DNA from: an uncultured Aquificaceae bacterium
GTDB lineage: Bacteria; Aquificota; Aquificia; Aquificales; Aquificaceae
Reading direction: 5' to 3'
DNA length: 37,871 nt
Assembly: GCA_964342735.1 (NCBI GenBank)
Contig: CAYFGH010000002.1
Span: 1-37,871 of the forward strand
The translations under genes were made by a program, and so were the position numbers. Shown here piece after piece: positions 28,642 through 37,871 of the stretch (position 1 is the stretch's first letter; the number at the start of each line of letters is the position of its first letter). The notes beneath the pieces were generated by a model. That model worked only from the letters and a program-made list of their open reading frames with translations, was not told the DNA's origin and did no database searches.

Positions 28642-29739
28642 ATGATAAGGCTTGCTATAGTGGGTGTCGGTAACTGCGCCAGCGCTCTTGTTCAGGGTAT
28701 CTTTTACTATAAGAAAAACAATCTAAAAGACGTTAGTGGTCTCATGTATGAGGATATAGGGGGTTATAAACCTTACGATATAGAGGTAGTGGCTGCATGG
28801 GATATAGATAAAAGAAAAGTGGGAAAAGATGTATCGGAGGCCATATACGCCAAGCCAAACTGCACCGCTGTTTTTGAGCCAGATGTGCCAAATCTAAATT
28901 GCAAAGTCAGGATGGGTAAGGTATTGGATGGACTTGCCGAGCACATGTCAGATTATCCGGAGGATCTCACATTCGTAAAAGCTGATGAGAAAGAAGACGA
29001 TATGGATACCATAGTGAAGGTCCTAAAAGAGACCAGGGCGGATGTGCTTATAAACTACGTTCCTGTCGGTTCTGAGCAGGCGGCTAGGTTTTATGCCGAA
29101 TGCGCTCTTAAAGCGGGTGTTGCTTTCGTAAACGCTATGCCTACTTTCATAGTATCCGATAGCGAATGGGCGAGGCGTTTCAAAGAAGCTGGAATTCCGG
29201 CGGTGGGTGACGATATAAAATCCCAGCTGGGAGCCACTATATTCCACAGAACCATAACCCAGCTTTTCAAAGATAGAGGGGTAAAGATAGACAGGACCTA
29301 TCAGTTAAATGTGGGTGGAAATACAGATTTTCTAAATATGTTGGAGAGAAAAAGGCTTGATACCAAAAAAGAATCCAAAACAAAAGCGGTTAGTTCTTTA
29401 ATAGATTATGACCTTGGCTACGGAAACATCCACATAGGCCCTTCCGATTGGGTGCCGTGGCTGAAGGATAGAAAGGTAGCTTATGTGAGAGTGGAAGGCA
29501 GGCTCTTTGGTGATGTGCCTATGCATGTTGAGGCAAGGCTGGATGTAGAAGATTCTCCAAACAGTGCTGGATCTGCTATAGATGCTATAAGATGTGCAAA
29601 GCTTGCCAAAGATAGAGGGATAGCCGGACCTCTTTATTCCATAAGCGCCTATACGATGAAACACCCTCCTGTTCAGTATCCGGATTACAAAGCCAAAGAA
29701 CTTGTGGATAAGTTTATAGCTGGAGAGATAGATAGCTGA
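28642..29739 (+). CDS. ino1: myo-inositol-1-phosphate synthase
   Basis: IVGVGNCASALVQG, GDDIKSQLGAT, NVGGNTDFLNM, HIGPSD, DSPNSAG and MKHPP. Confidence 0.93.
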   Translation: MIRLAIVGVGNCASALVQGIFYYKKNNLKDVSGLMYEDIGGYKPYDIEVVAAWDIDKRKVGKDVSEAIYAKPNCTAVFEPDVPNLNCKVRMGKVLDGLAEHMSDYPEDLTFVKADEKEDDMDTIVKVLKETRADVLINYVPVGSEQAARFYAECALKAGVAFVNAMPTFIVSDSEWARRFKEAGIPAVGDDIKSQLGATIFHRTITQLFKDRGVKIDRTYQLNVGGNTDFLNMLERKRLDTKKESKTKAVSSLIDYDLGYGNIHIGPSDWVPWLKDRKVAYVRVEGRLFGDVPMHVEARLDVEDSPNSAGSAIDAIRCAKLAKDRGIAGPLYSISAYTMKHPPVQYPDYKAKELVDKFIAGEIDS

Positions 29740-30801
29740 TTGGCGTTAGAGCTTTCAAAAAGGCTTCTAATAGAAGATGTAGATGTTCCTAAAAATGCTG
29801 TCTGGTTTCACACTGCAAGCGTTGGTGAGTTCAACAGTATAAGATTTCTGATAGACCATATATCCAGAAAGTTTCCAGTTTTTATTACATACTTTTCTCC
29901 GAGATCTTATCATTTTTTTAAAAGCTTACACTATAAAGCTTTTCCGCTGCCGCTGGACCTGCCCTTTATCTGGGATAAATTTTTAAAGCAAAAAAACCCT
30001 TGCTGTCTTATAAATGTTGAGAAGGAGTTTTGGCCATTTTTGTTAAAAGCCAAAATACCAAAGGCTATATTAAACGCAAGAAAGCCTAAAAACGCTTTAG
30101 AAAGATATCTTTTAAGGTTTTTTGATATGATAATAGCAAAGGATGAGCCAGGTTTTGAGCTTTTAAAAGATATAAACAAAAATACGTTTCTTTGTGGAAA
30201 TTTGAAGCTCTCAATCGATTTAAACTGTGAGAATCTAGAAAAAGATAGTGTAGTAATAGGAAGTACCCACGAGAAAGAAGAAGAGCTTTTGATAGACCTT
30301 GTAAGATGGCTTTTAGAAAATACTGGATACAACGTAATATTGGCCCCAAGGCATATAAATAGAGCTTACGATATTTTAGGGCTTTTAAGAAAATACGGCA
30401 TAGATGCACATCTTAAAACTGAGGATACACTTTCAAGGGTTATCGTGCTTGATACCCTCGGAGAGCTGAAAGAGTATTATAAAAGAGCCACTGTAAGCAT
30501 AGTGGGTGGGTCTTTTGTAAAGGGTTATGGAGGACACAACATAGTAGAACCTGTGAATGTTTGCTCTTACGTTTTATACGGCCCTTATATAGAAAAAATA
30601 AGCGATGTGGCAGAGATTTTAGAAAAAGCTGGTGTTGGGCTGAGAGTACATGCTTCAAACATCGTAGATGCTGTAAAATATACTCTTGAACATCCTTTGA
30701 GCGTTGATAAGCTTTTAAGTCTTTCATCCTATTCAAAAGATGTAAGATCTTGCTACATTGAGCTTGTGGAAAAGTTTGTTTTAGAGCAAAGAAGACCTTA
30801 A
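29740..30801 (+). CDS. waaA: Kdo transferase
   Basis: VWFHTASVGE, LPLD, GSTH..EE, LAPRH, DTLGEL and VGGSF..GGHN.VEP. Confidence 0.92.
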   Translation: MALELSKRLLIEDVDVPKNAVWFHTASVGEFNSIRFLIDHISRKFPVFITYFSPRSYHFFKSLHYKAFPLPLDLPFIWDKFLKQKNPCCLINVEKEFWPFLLKAKIPKAILNARKPKNALERYLLRFFDMIIAKDEPGFELLKDINKNTFLCGNLKLSIDLNCENLEKDSVVIGSTHEKEEELLIDLVRWLLENTGYNVILAPRHINRAYDILGLLRKYGIDAHLKTEDTLSRVIVLDTLGELKEYYKRATVSIVGGSFVKGYGGHNIVEPVNVCSYVLYGPYIEKISDVAEILEKAGVGLRVHASNIVDAVKYTLEHPLSVDKLLSLSSYSKDVRSCYIELVEKFVLEQRRP

Positions 30802-32123
30802 ACGAGGCCTATCTTCTTCTTGAGTTCTTCCGGTATTCCTACGTTTTCTCTTAGCTGACCGTTTCCAAAGATTATGAACTTTTCTATGGTGAGTTCTCTT
30901 AGAGCCATCGGTCCTCTTGCGTGGATTTTATCGGTGGATATACCCATCTCAGCCCCTAATCCAAACTCGTTGCCATCGGTAAAGCGTGTGGAAGCGTTTA
31001 CATAAACTGCCGCAGAGTCCACCTCTTGTAAAAATCTCATGGCTTTTGTATGATTTTCTGTGATGATGGCATCGGAATGCTTGGAGCCGTATTTTTCTAT
31101 GAAGCTCATCGCCTCTTCTAAGGAGTTTACGGTCTTGACAGCCAGTATGAGATCCAGAAACTCTTCGTAGTAATCTTCTTCTTTTGCTCTTTTAATCTTA
31201 TCCTTAAAAGCCTCAAAATCTCTGGTGTCAAGGGCGTTGTAAGACTCCTCATCACACCTTAGTTCTACAGAGCTTTCTAAAAGCACCATAGCCATCTTGG
31301 GCCAGAAGTCTTTTAAGAGATCTTTGTGTATAACGAGGTTTTCTACGGCGTTGCAGACAGAAGGTCTTTGGACTTTTGCATTGTATACGATATCGTAGGC
31401 TTTTTTAAGGTCAGCTTCGCTGTCAACGTATATATTGCAAACGCCTTTGTAATGCTTTATCACAGGTATTCTGGCAGTTTCTGATACAGCCCTTATGAGG
31501 CTTTCTCCACCTCTTGGTATAGCTACATCCACAAGCCCTTCAAGTTGCAATAGCTCTGTTACTATCTCCCTTTCCCTTCTATCCACAAAACATACGGCAT
31601 CTTCCAAGCCTTCCACGTGCTCTTTTATAGCCTGCCTGAAAAGATCCGCAAGTATCTTGTTGGTATGAAGGGCTTCTTTACCACCCCTTAATATAACTGC
31701 GTTTGAGGATTTAAAACAAAGGCTTGCTGCTTCTATGGTGACGTTTGGCCTTGATTCGTAAACGATGAAGATGACTCCAAGCGGTACTCTCATTCTGCCA
31801 ATTTTGAGACCGTTGTCCACCGTCCACATGGATGTTATCTCACCGACGGGATCTTTTAATTTGGCCACATCCTCTAAGACTTTTATCATCGTGTTTATCT
31901 GCTTTTCTCCCACTCTTAACCTGTCTATCATCGCCTTGGAAAGGCCTATAGAATGAGCAAACTCTAAATCTTTTTCATTTTCTTTTTGTATAAGGTCTTT
32001 GTTTTCTATTAAAAGCCTTGATACCCTTAAAAGAACCCTGTTTTTAACCTCCGGCGTTAGGCTTGAAAGTTTTGGCAATACGCTTTTGGCTCTTCTGGCT
32101 AGCTCTACAGCATACTCTCTCAT
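30798..32123 (-). CDS. proA: Gamma-glutamyl phosphate reductase
   Basis: YESRPNVT, VCNAVE and NASTRFTDGNEFGLGAEMGIST. Confidence 0.96.
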   Translation of the reverse strand: MREYAVELARRAKSVLPKLSSLTPEVKNRVLLRVSRLLIENKDLIQKENEKDLEFAHSIGLSKAMIDRLRVGEKQINTMIKVLEDVAKLKDPVGEITSMWTVDNGLKIGRMRVPLGVIFIVYESRPNVTIEAASLCFKSSNAVILRGGKEALHTNKILADLFRQAIKEHVEGLEDAVCFVDRREREIVTELLQLEGLVDVAIPRGGESLIRAVSETARIPVIKHYKGVCNIYVDSEADLKKAYDIVYNAKVQRPSVCNAVENLVIHKDLLKDFWPKMAMVLLESSVELRCDEESYNALDTRDFEAFKDKIKRAKEEDYYEEFLDLILAVKTVNSLEEAMSFIEKYGSKHSDAIITENHTKAMRFLQEVDSAAVYVNASTRFTDGNEFGLGAEMGISTDKIHARGPMALRELTIEKFIIFGNGQLRENVGIPEELKKKIGLV

Positions 32124-32137
32124 AAAAATATTTTATC

Positions 32138-33328
32138 CTATTTTTCCCTTATAAGGTATACTTTGTCCTTTTCCCTTACTTTCTCGTTTACTTTTAATCC
32201 CACTACCACCCCTTTTTCTGCCTCTTCTATCTTTTGATTTTCTATCTCCATTGACTCTACTTTCTGTCTTATGAGTCCCGTGGTTTTACCTATTATGTGT
32301 ATGGTATCTCCTATTTTCAAAGGATGTGCTACTATTTTTACCTCCGCTACAGAGGCTTTTGGGTAGAACTTTAATACGTCTCCTACATAAATCTTTTCTT
32401 CTTTTGCTATGGATGAGTTTATACCAAAAGAGGCCTCTTTGAAATAAAAACCACCATCCCACTCTCTATGGTATACCCTCTCTAAGAGGTCTAAAAGGTC
32501 TTGATAACCCTTTTCTTGCCATTCGTTGTTTAATATCCTCTCTCTTGCTTCTTTATAGGCTTTTGTAGTCATATAAACGTAGTCTGGATTTTTGTTTCTT
32601 CCCTCTATCTTCCAGGCATCTGCCCACATCAGCTTATCTACAAAGTTTATGGTGAGTAGATCTTTAGCAGACATCACGTAATCGCTTCCAAGATAGTACT
32701 CGGTGCCGGAGTTTTTAGAGATCACCTTTATATCAAACTCGTGCCTGCACACCTGATAGCACTCTCCCCTGTTTCCGGATTTTTGAAAAACCTCATGACT
32801 CAAAAAACATCTGCCGGATACCGCCATGCACATTGAACCGTGTACAAACACCTCCACTTCTAAACCTGTATTTTGTTTCAGGCTTTTAACAGAATCTAAA
32901 TCAAGCTCTTTTGCAGGAACTATGCGCTTTATTCCAAGCTCTTTGTAAAATTTTCCAGAGACTGAATTTGAAACAGAGGCCATTGTGGATATGTGCGTTT
33001 CTAAACCTCTTTTTATGCTCCCAAGCACCACAGAAAAATCCCAGGCTATTACAGCGTCCACCCCTATATCTTTTAAGAAATCAAGTACATCTTCAAGATA
33101 AGGTAAGTCCTCATCAAAAACGATGGAGTTTAGTGTTATATATTGTCTTATATTGTGGTCTTTTGTGATGAGGCGAATTTCTCTTATATCCTCTTTTGAG
33201 AATCCACCCTTTCCCGCCCTCTGGTTCAGTCTGTCAAAACCCATGTAAACAGCATCTGCACCTGCTTTTATAGCAGACATGAGGCTTTCAAAAGTGCCTA
33301 CTGGTGATAATATCTCTGGCTTTTTCAT
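32138..33328 (-). CDS. Peptidase U32 family protein (TrhP/YegQ-like Fe-S hydroxylation protein)
   Basis: PEILSPVG, GADAVY, HISTMAS, HGSMC..SGRC..NRGECYQVCR and KIEGR. Confidence 0.85.
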   Translation of the reverse strand: MKKPEILSPVGTFESLMSAIKAGADAVYMGFDRLNQRAGKGGFSKEDIREIRLITKDHNIRQYITLNSIVFDEDLPYLEDVLDFLKDIGVDAVIAWDFSVVLGSIKRGLETHISTMASVSNSVSGKFYKELGIKRIVPAKELDLDSVKSLKQNTGLEVEVFVHGSMCMAVSGRCFLSHEVFQKSGNRGECYQVCRHEFDIKVISKNSGTEYYLGSDYVMSAKDLLTINFVDKLMWADAWKIEGRNKNPDYVYMTTKAYKEARERILNNEWQEKGYQDLLDLLERVYHREWDGGFYFKEASFGINSSIAKEEKIYVGDVLKFYPKASVAEVKIVAHPLKIGDTIHIIGKTTGLIRQKVESMEIENQKIEEAEKGVVVGLKVNEKVREKDKVYLIREK

Positions 33329-33334
33329 GAGAGT

Positions 33335-33343
33335 ATTATATCA
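33335..33343 (-). promoter_or_regulatory. Extended -10 (TGaTATAAT) 6 nt before the U32 ATG; leaderless-type
   Basis: Perfect TGnTATAAT-N6-ATG with no SD, directly after the clpB terminator. Confidence 0.7.
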
Positions 33344-33371
33344 AGAAAGGGCAGGAAAAACTCCTACCCTT
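33344..33371 (-). terminator. Intrinsic terminator after clpB
   Basis: Minus strand AAGGGTAGGA-GTTTT-TCCTGCCCTT-TCTT (one G-U pair). Confidence 0.7.
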
Positions 33372-33385
33372 ATCAGAAATATCTG

Positions 33386-36334
33386 TTATACCGCTTCAAA
33401 CACAAACTCGCCGTCTTTTACGTCCACTTTTACTTTGGCGCCGTCTTTTATCTCACCTTTTATTATCTTGTTAGCTAGAGGGGTTTCTAAGAGCTTTTGA
33501 ACGGTACGCTTTAGGGGTCTTGCACCGAAAGCCGGTTCGTATCCTCTTCTGGCCAGCTCCTTCTTGGCCTCTATCGTTAGTTCTACACTTATGTTTCTAT
33601 CCTTTAAGCGCTTGTTGAGATCTGCAATAAGAAGGTCTACTATTTGTATGAGCTGTTCCATCGTAAGAGGTTTGAACACTATAATATCATCTATTCTGTT
33701 TAGAAACTCCGGTCTGAAGAAGTGCTTTAGTTCGCCCAGGACTTTTTCTTTTGCCTTTTCAAACTCTTTCTTGATCTCTTCAGGATCTCCCTCAAGAGGT
33801 AATGTAAGAAGGTAGGTGCTACCTATGTTTGAGGTCATTATGATAACGGTGTTTCTAAAATCCACCGTTCTTCCGTGAGAATCGGTGAGCCTTCCGTCAT
33901 CTAACACCTGTAAGAACAGATCAAACACCCTGGGATGGGCTTTTTCTATCTCATCCAAAAGCACAACGCTGTAAGGCTTTCTTCTTACCGCTTCTGTTAG
34001 CTTTCCGCCTTCTTCATAGCCTACGTATCCAGGAGGTGCACCTATTAGTTTCGATACGGTGTGTTCTTCTTTGAACTCGGACATGTCAAGCCTTATAAGG
34101 GCATCCTCTTCACCAAAGAGAAGTTCTGCTAAAGCCTTCGATAGCTCTGTTTTTCCAACACCAGTGGGTCCTAAGAACAGGAACGAAGCTATAGGTCTTC
34201 TTGGGTCTTTTAAACCTGCCCTTGCTCTTCTGATGGCTTCTGCTACAGCTACTACTGCGTCGTCCTGGCCTATGACTCTCTTATGAAGCTCTTCCTCTAA
34301 GTGAAGGAGTTTTTCCATCTCTTCTTCTTTTAGCTTGCTAAGAGGTATACCGGTCCAGTCTGATACTACCTGTGCTATATCATCGTAGGTTACGCTCAGG
34401 GTCTTTGCTCTTTTAGACTCCAGGGCTTTTATCTCTTTTTCGGTGTTTACCATCTCTATCTTTAGCTCCGCCTCTTTTTCGTAATCCCCTTTTTCCGCTG
34501 CTTTCATAATCTGCTGTTCCAGCTCTTCCAACTTTTTCTTTAGCTGGTTTATTTTCATATCTACCATGTCAAGCCTGTTGATGATTTCCTGTTTTTGCTT
34601 TTCCAGGTTTACCTTTTGAATCTTTAGCTCCGCTTCTTTTTCGTAGTCTCCAGACAGGTTGGCGTTTACAATTTCTTCTTCTAAGGTTCTTAGCTTTCTT
34701 TCTATCTCCTGAAGCTCTGGTGGCACGCTTACAGAGGCTAGCTTTTTACGAGCAGAGGCCTGATCAAGGGCGTCTATAGCCTTGTCCGGTAATTTTCTGA
34801 ATGTGACGTATCTGTGGGTGAGTTTCACAGAGGCGTCTATAGCATCATCTTCTATCTTTACCTTGTGGAAATCCTCCAGTTTTGGTCTTAGGCCTTTTAA
34901 TATCTCTATGGCCTCCTCAATGGTGGGCTCGTCCACATAAACGGGCTGGAATCTTCTTTCTAAGGCGAGGTCTTTTTCTATGTATTTTCTATACTCATCA
35001 ACGGTGGTGGCACCTATTAACCTTATCTCACCCCTTGCTAAAGCTGGTTTTAACATGTTACCAGCATCCAAAGAGCCCTCACTTTTTCCAGCTCCTATAA
35101 CCGTATGTATTTCATCTATAAAGAGTATCACATCAGTCCTTTCCTTTAGTTCATCTAGGAGTTTTTTAACCCTTTCTTCAAACTCACCTCTGTACTTTGA
35201 ACCAGCTACCAGAGAGCCCATGTCCATGCTTATGATGGTTTTATCCTGAAGCTCTGGTGGAACTTCCTTGTTTACTATCCTCTGGGCCAGACCTTCTACT
35301 ATAGCGGTTTTACCAACACCTGGGTCTCCCACCAGCACAGGGTTATTTTTACTGCGTCTTAAGAGTATTTCGATGGTTTGGTTTATCTCTTTTTCCCTTC
35401 CTATTACGGGGTCTAGCTTGCCATCTCTTGCCTTTTGGGTGAGGTCTACTCCGTAACGCTCTAGTATAGACTTTTCTTCCTCTTGGATTTCCTTTTCTGT
35501 ATCCATGCTTTTACCTCCTAAAATTTGTTCTAAAAGTTTTGCTGCTATGTATTCTTTTGCTTCTAAAAGCGCTGAAACAAGATGAGCCGGTGATACTTCA
35601 GCAAGCCCCTCTTTTATAGCCTTTTCTTGGGCTATTTCAAACACCCTTTCAAGGTTTTTAGAGTATTTAAACTCAGGTGTTTTACCTGTAAATCTTTTAA
35701 GCACCTTATCTTCGTACCTGTCAAAGGATATACCTATCTCTTTTAGCTGTTCTTTGTGAGGACTTTCTTTTAAAGCGGTTTTAACAAGGGCATCTATCGA
35801 TATCTTGTTGTCTAGGAAATCTCTTACGGCGCTCTTATCAAACACTGTAGATAAGTTTTGCTCCACCCTCGAAAGCTCTTTTCTTAGATGCTCTTCTTCG
35901 GCGTTTAGTTGTCTTAGTTCTAACTCTAACTGTCTTGCGCTCCAGGGGTCGTATCTTCTTGCTCTTTCTAGCTCAGCTTCTATACGTCTTTTTGCTTCTC
36001 TTATCTCTGAAAGTTCAGATTGTATATTGGATATATCTGATTTTAGCTGTATTATCTTGCTCCTTAAGTCTATTAGATGGTTTGCCTCTGATTCGGCCGC
36101 TTTGTTTAGCTGATTGTCTATGCTGTTTATGTGCTCTCTTAGCTTTTGATAGAGCTCTTTTGGATCTATACCCTTTTTATTTATATACTTTGAAAGGGCT
36201 GATTCCTGGTCTTTTAACAGCGCCAGAAGAAGATGGTCCGTGTCTACCTTTGTGTCCCCTAAAGACCTCGCTATCGAGGACGCCTGCTCTACATAGTCTT
36301 TTAGTTTTTTGCTCCACATGTTTTCGCTGTACAT
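33386..36334 (-). CDS. clpB: Class 1 Hsp100 AAA+ chaperone, ClpB-type
   Basis: Clp_N repeats; two NBDs ([16 protein letters not shown]); long M-domain; GYVG; no IGF/LGF ClpP-docking loop. Confidence 0.88.
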   Translation of the reverse strand: MYSENMWSKKLKDYVEQASSIARSLGDTKVDTDHLLLALLKDQESALSKYINKKGIDPKELYQKLREHINSIDNQLNKAAESEANHLIDLRSKIIQLKSDISNIQSELSEIREAKRRIEAELERARRYDPWSARQLELELRQLNAEEEHLRKELSRVEQNLSTVFDKSAVRDFLDNKISIDALVKTALKESPHKEQLKEIGISFDRYEDKVLKRFTGKTPEFKYSKNLERVFEIAQEKAIKEGLAEVSPAHLVSALLEAKEYIAAKLLEQILGGKSMDTEKEIQEEEKSILERYGVDLTQKARDGKLDPVIGREKEINQTIEILLRRSKNNPVLVGDPGVGKTAIVEGLAQRIVNKEVPPELQDKTIISMDMGSLVAGSKYRGEFEERVKKLLDELKERTDVILFIDEIHTVIGAGKSEGSLDAGNMLKPALARGEIRLIGATTVDEYRKYIEKDLALERRFQPVYVDEPTIEEAIEILKGLRPKLEDFHKVKIEDDAIDASVKLTHRYVTFRKLPDKAIDALDQASARKKLASVSVPPELQEIERKLRTLEEEIVNANLSGDYEKEAELKIQKVNLEKQKQEIINRLDMVDMKINQLKKKLEELEQQIMKAAEKGDYEKEAELKIEMVNTEKEIKALESKRAKTLSVTYDDIAQVVSDWTGIPLSKLKEEEMEKLLHLEEELHKRVIGQDDAVVAVAEAIRRARAGLKDPRRPIASFLFLGPTGVGKTELSKALAELLFGEEDALIRLDMSEFKEEHTVSKLIGAPPGYVGYEEGGKLTEAVRRKPYSVVLLDEIEKAHPRVFDLFLQVLDDGRLTDSHGRTVDFRNTVIIMTSNIGSTYLLTLPLEGDPEEIKKEFEKAKEKVLGELKHFFRPEFLNRIDDIIVFKPLTMEQLIQIVDLLIADLNKRLKDRNISVELTIEAKKELARRGYEPAFGARPLKRTVQKLLETPLANKIIKGEIKDGAKVKVDVKDGEFVFEAV
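34420..34720 (-). repeat. Intragenic tandem 162-nt (54-aa) repeat in the clpB M-domain
   Basis: [11 protein letters not shown] occurs twice; DNA TCTTTAGCTCCGC at 34459 and 34621. Confidence 0.8.
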
Positions 36335-36351
36335 ATTTTACCTCCTATAAC

Positions 36352-36390
36352 ATTATATCATAAATATAATCTTTAGTAAATTTATGTCAA
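36352..36390 (-). promoter_or_regulatory. clpB promoter region
   Basis: Minus strand TTGACA-N16-TATATT plus a downstream TGaTATAAT, upstream of SD AGGAGGT. Confidence 0.6.
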
Positions 36391-36415
36391 GTTTTTTGAT
36401 ATTAATATACTAAAT

Positions 36416-37177
36416 TTATTTGCTACAACTACCACCAAATATGTTGTTTAGCTGACATCCACCTCCTAAGTTTATATCTTCGGTTTGTGTGTTTTTATTG
36501 TTTGTTTTCTGGCTTTTGGTAAAAAACGACTCTATACTGTCAGAACCCACAAGCACCTTATACCCATAAGGCTCTCTTACAAATAGAACAGGTACTTCGT
36601 TTATACCCATAGACATGATAAGTCCTTTGTGAGAAGAGGCGTCTATCTTATCGTAGCTTACGTGTATAGAATCCAGAAACTTTTCTGTATGCTCACAGTG
36701 AGGACACCCCGGAAGGTATAAAAGCGTGTACTGGTCCTTTATCTTAATAGTGGGGTTGTTTATAAGAAACGCTGTAACAAAAACAAACAAGAATGCGCTA
36801 AGGCCTTTTAAAAATACCTCTTTGTTTTCTTTTACCCTTAAAATAAACAGCGTAAGTATTATAAGAAACGTAACTGTGCAAAATATACAGAATGTATGCG
36901 CTGTAAATATCTCAAAGGCCTGTAGATATCCTTCTGAGGCCAAAGCTCCTATGAGTATGGCATCCAATAGTTTTTCTTTCTTTTTTTCTTTTAAAAGCCC
37001 CAAAACTGTAAAGAGTAAAAGCCCTATAAAAAGCATCACGAACTCTGGGTATCTGTTGTAAGAAGCTGCTATGGTGCATCCAGAGCTTGTACATACGCTT
37101 TTATGAAACAGCCCCATAATTATCTCCAAGAGCACCCAGAGAGCACCCAAGATAGATATCTTTGTAAATATGCTCAT
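36416..37177 (-). CDS. VKOR-like membrane domain fused to a thioredoxin/glutaredoxin domain
   Basis: Loop Cys pair CTSSGC, CIFC at a TM start, CPHC followed by a VP motif, and about 5 TMs. Confidence 0.75.
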   Translation of the reverse strand: MSIFTKISILGALWVLLEIIMGLFHKSVCTSSGCTIAASYNRYPEFVMLFIGLLLFTVLGLLKEKKKEKLLDAILIGALASEGYLQAFEIFTAHTFCIFCTVTFLIILTLFILRVKENKEVFLKGLSAFLFVFVTAFLINNPTIKIKDQYTLLYLPGCPHCEHTEKFLDSIHVSYDKIDASSHKGLIMSMGINEVPVLFVREPYGYKVLVGSDSIESFFTKSQKTNNKNTQTEDINLGGGCQLNNIFGGSCSK

Positions 37178-37236
37178 AGAATAATTATAAACTATAAATA
37201 ACTGGCTTTACCACCGAGTATATTTACCTTTTTGTT

Positions 37237-37809
37237 TTATTTGTCGTTTTGTAAAAGCTTTTTTATATATGAAGCCATATAAGCTGGGTCCTGGTCTTTA
37301 TCAAAAAATATCGTTTTCAGGCTTTTATTGTAAATCACATATATGTTGTCTGAATGGTCTATTAGATAGCCTTCTGTTTTGGAGGGTACTATTTTATACA
37401 CCACACCATACTCGTCGGCAACTTTCTTGATGTCGTTCTGGTTTCCTGACAAGCCGCTAAAATCCTTGTTGAAAAACTTGGCATACTGATCTGCAATCTC
37501 TGGCGTGTCTCTTTTGGGATCCAGCGTTATAAAAATCACCTTTACATACTTTTTATCGCTTCCTAGCATGTTATACATGGAGGAGAGCTTGTGTAAAACC
37601 GTAGGGCACACGTCAGGGCAATGGGTATAGCCAAAGTAAAGAAGTATAACTTTATAATGCTTTTCATAATCTTTCAAAGAAACCTGTTTATTTTGAGACA
37701 TTAGCTTAAAATCGTAAGGTTTTGCTTTTATATTAACGCTTGAGGGTTTTTCGCAGGAAAAGATCAACATGCTGAAAAAAGTAGCAAAAAACAACGTTAA
37801 TTTTTTCAT
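37237..37809 (-). CDS. SCO1/SenC copper chaperone, lipoprotein
   Basis: IFSC lipobox, FGYTHCPDVCP, DPKRDT and YLIDHS. Confidence 0.92.
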   Translation of the reverse strand: MKKLTLFFATFFSMLIFSCEKPSSVNIKAKPYDFKLMSQNKQVSLKDYEKHYKVILLYFGYTHCPDVCPTVLHKLSSMYNMLGSDKKYVKVIFITLDPKRDTPEIADQYAKFFNKDFSGLSGNQNDIKKVADEYGVVYKIVPSKTEGYLIDHSDNIYVIYNKSLKTIFFDKDQDPAYMASYIKKLLQNDK

Positions 37810-37815
37810 TAAAGT

Positions 37816-37824
37816 ATTATAGCA
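37816..37824 (-). promoter_or_regulatory. Extended -10 (TGcTATAAT) 6 nt before the SCO ATG; leaderless-type
   Basis: TGnTATAAT-N6-ATG with no SD. Confidence 0.7.
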
Positions 37825-37826
37825 TA

Positions 37827-37871
37827 TTATACCTCTATACCGTATTCTTTTATCTTGCGCCAGAGAGTAGT
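37827..37871 (-). CDS. 3' end of a Fis-type HTH regulator (probably NtrC/sigma54 activator family), truncated by the window edge
   Basis: TTLWRKIKEYGIEV* matches the TLxRKxKxYG end of the Fis HTH. Confidence 0.7.
   Translation of the reverse strand, partial: TTLWRKIKEYGIEV

Noticed and set aside
30798-30801. Overlapping stop codons (TTAA) of convergent waaA and proA
   Set aside because: Common in compact genomes; no further signal.
35935-36363. 142-aa plus-strand ORF and the other short antisense ORFs in the track
   Set aside because: Shadows of well-supported genes on the opposite strand.
36360-36386. CATAAAT..ATTTATG inverted repeat at the clpB promoter as a heat-shock operator
   Set aside because: It does not match CIRCE, HAIR or CtsR consensus and is too AT-rich to be significant.

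Overview
AT-rich bacterial chromosomal window with dense, mostly housekeeping genes. Gene content and protein style suggest an Aquificota member, possibly Hydrogenobaculum-like (inference). In order it holds: a 5'-truncated multidomain GT9 glycosyltransferase, ispB, a CNNM/CorC protein, a DUF2892 protein and a Tat-exported ttrBCA-type molybdoenzyme operon. A minus-strand block follows: sucCD, ferredoxin, MBL hydrolase, a small 2-TM protein, a KimA/KUP-like K+ transporter, TauE and a polysaccharide deacetylase. Then come fabZ-lipoate ligase-bioC-htrA-sigma70-truB, csp, tRNA-Gln/tRNA-His-mnmE-rho-typA-coaE-ino1-waaA, and on the minus strand proA, a U32 protein, clpB, a VKOR-thioredoxin fusion, SCO and the 3' end of a Fis-HTH regulator. 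No mobile elements, CRISPR arrays or rRNA were seen. The most notable signals concern translation and RNA: an apparent ATA-initiated gene; several leaderless-type starts, one exposing a hidden Cys-rich GGG-ending protein in frame with coaE; an internal in-frame start in clpB; a three-stem pseudoknot-like element before rho; and an unannotated 59-aa membrane protein.
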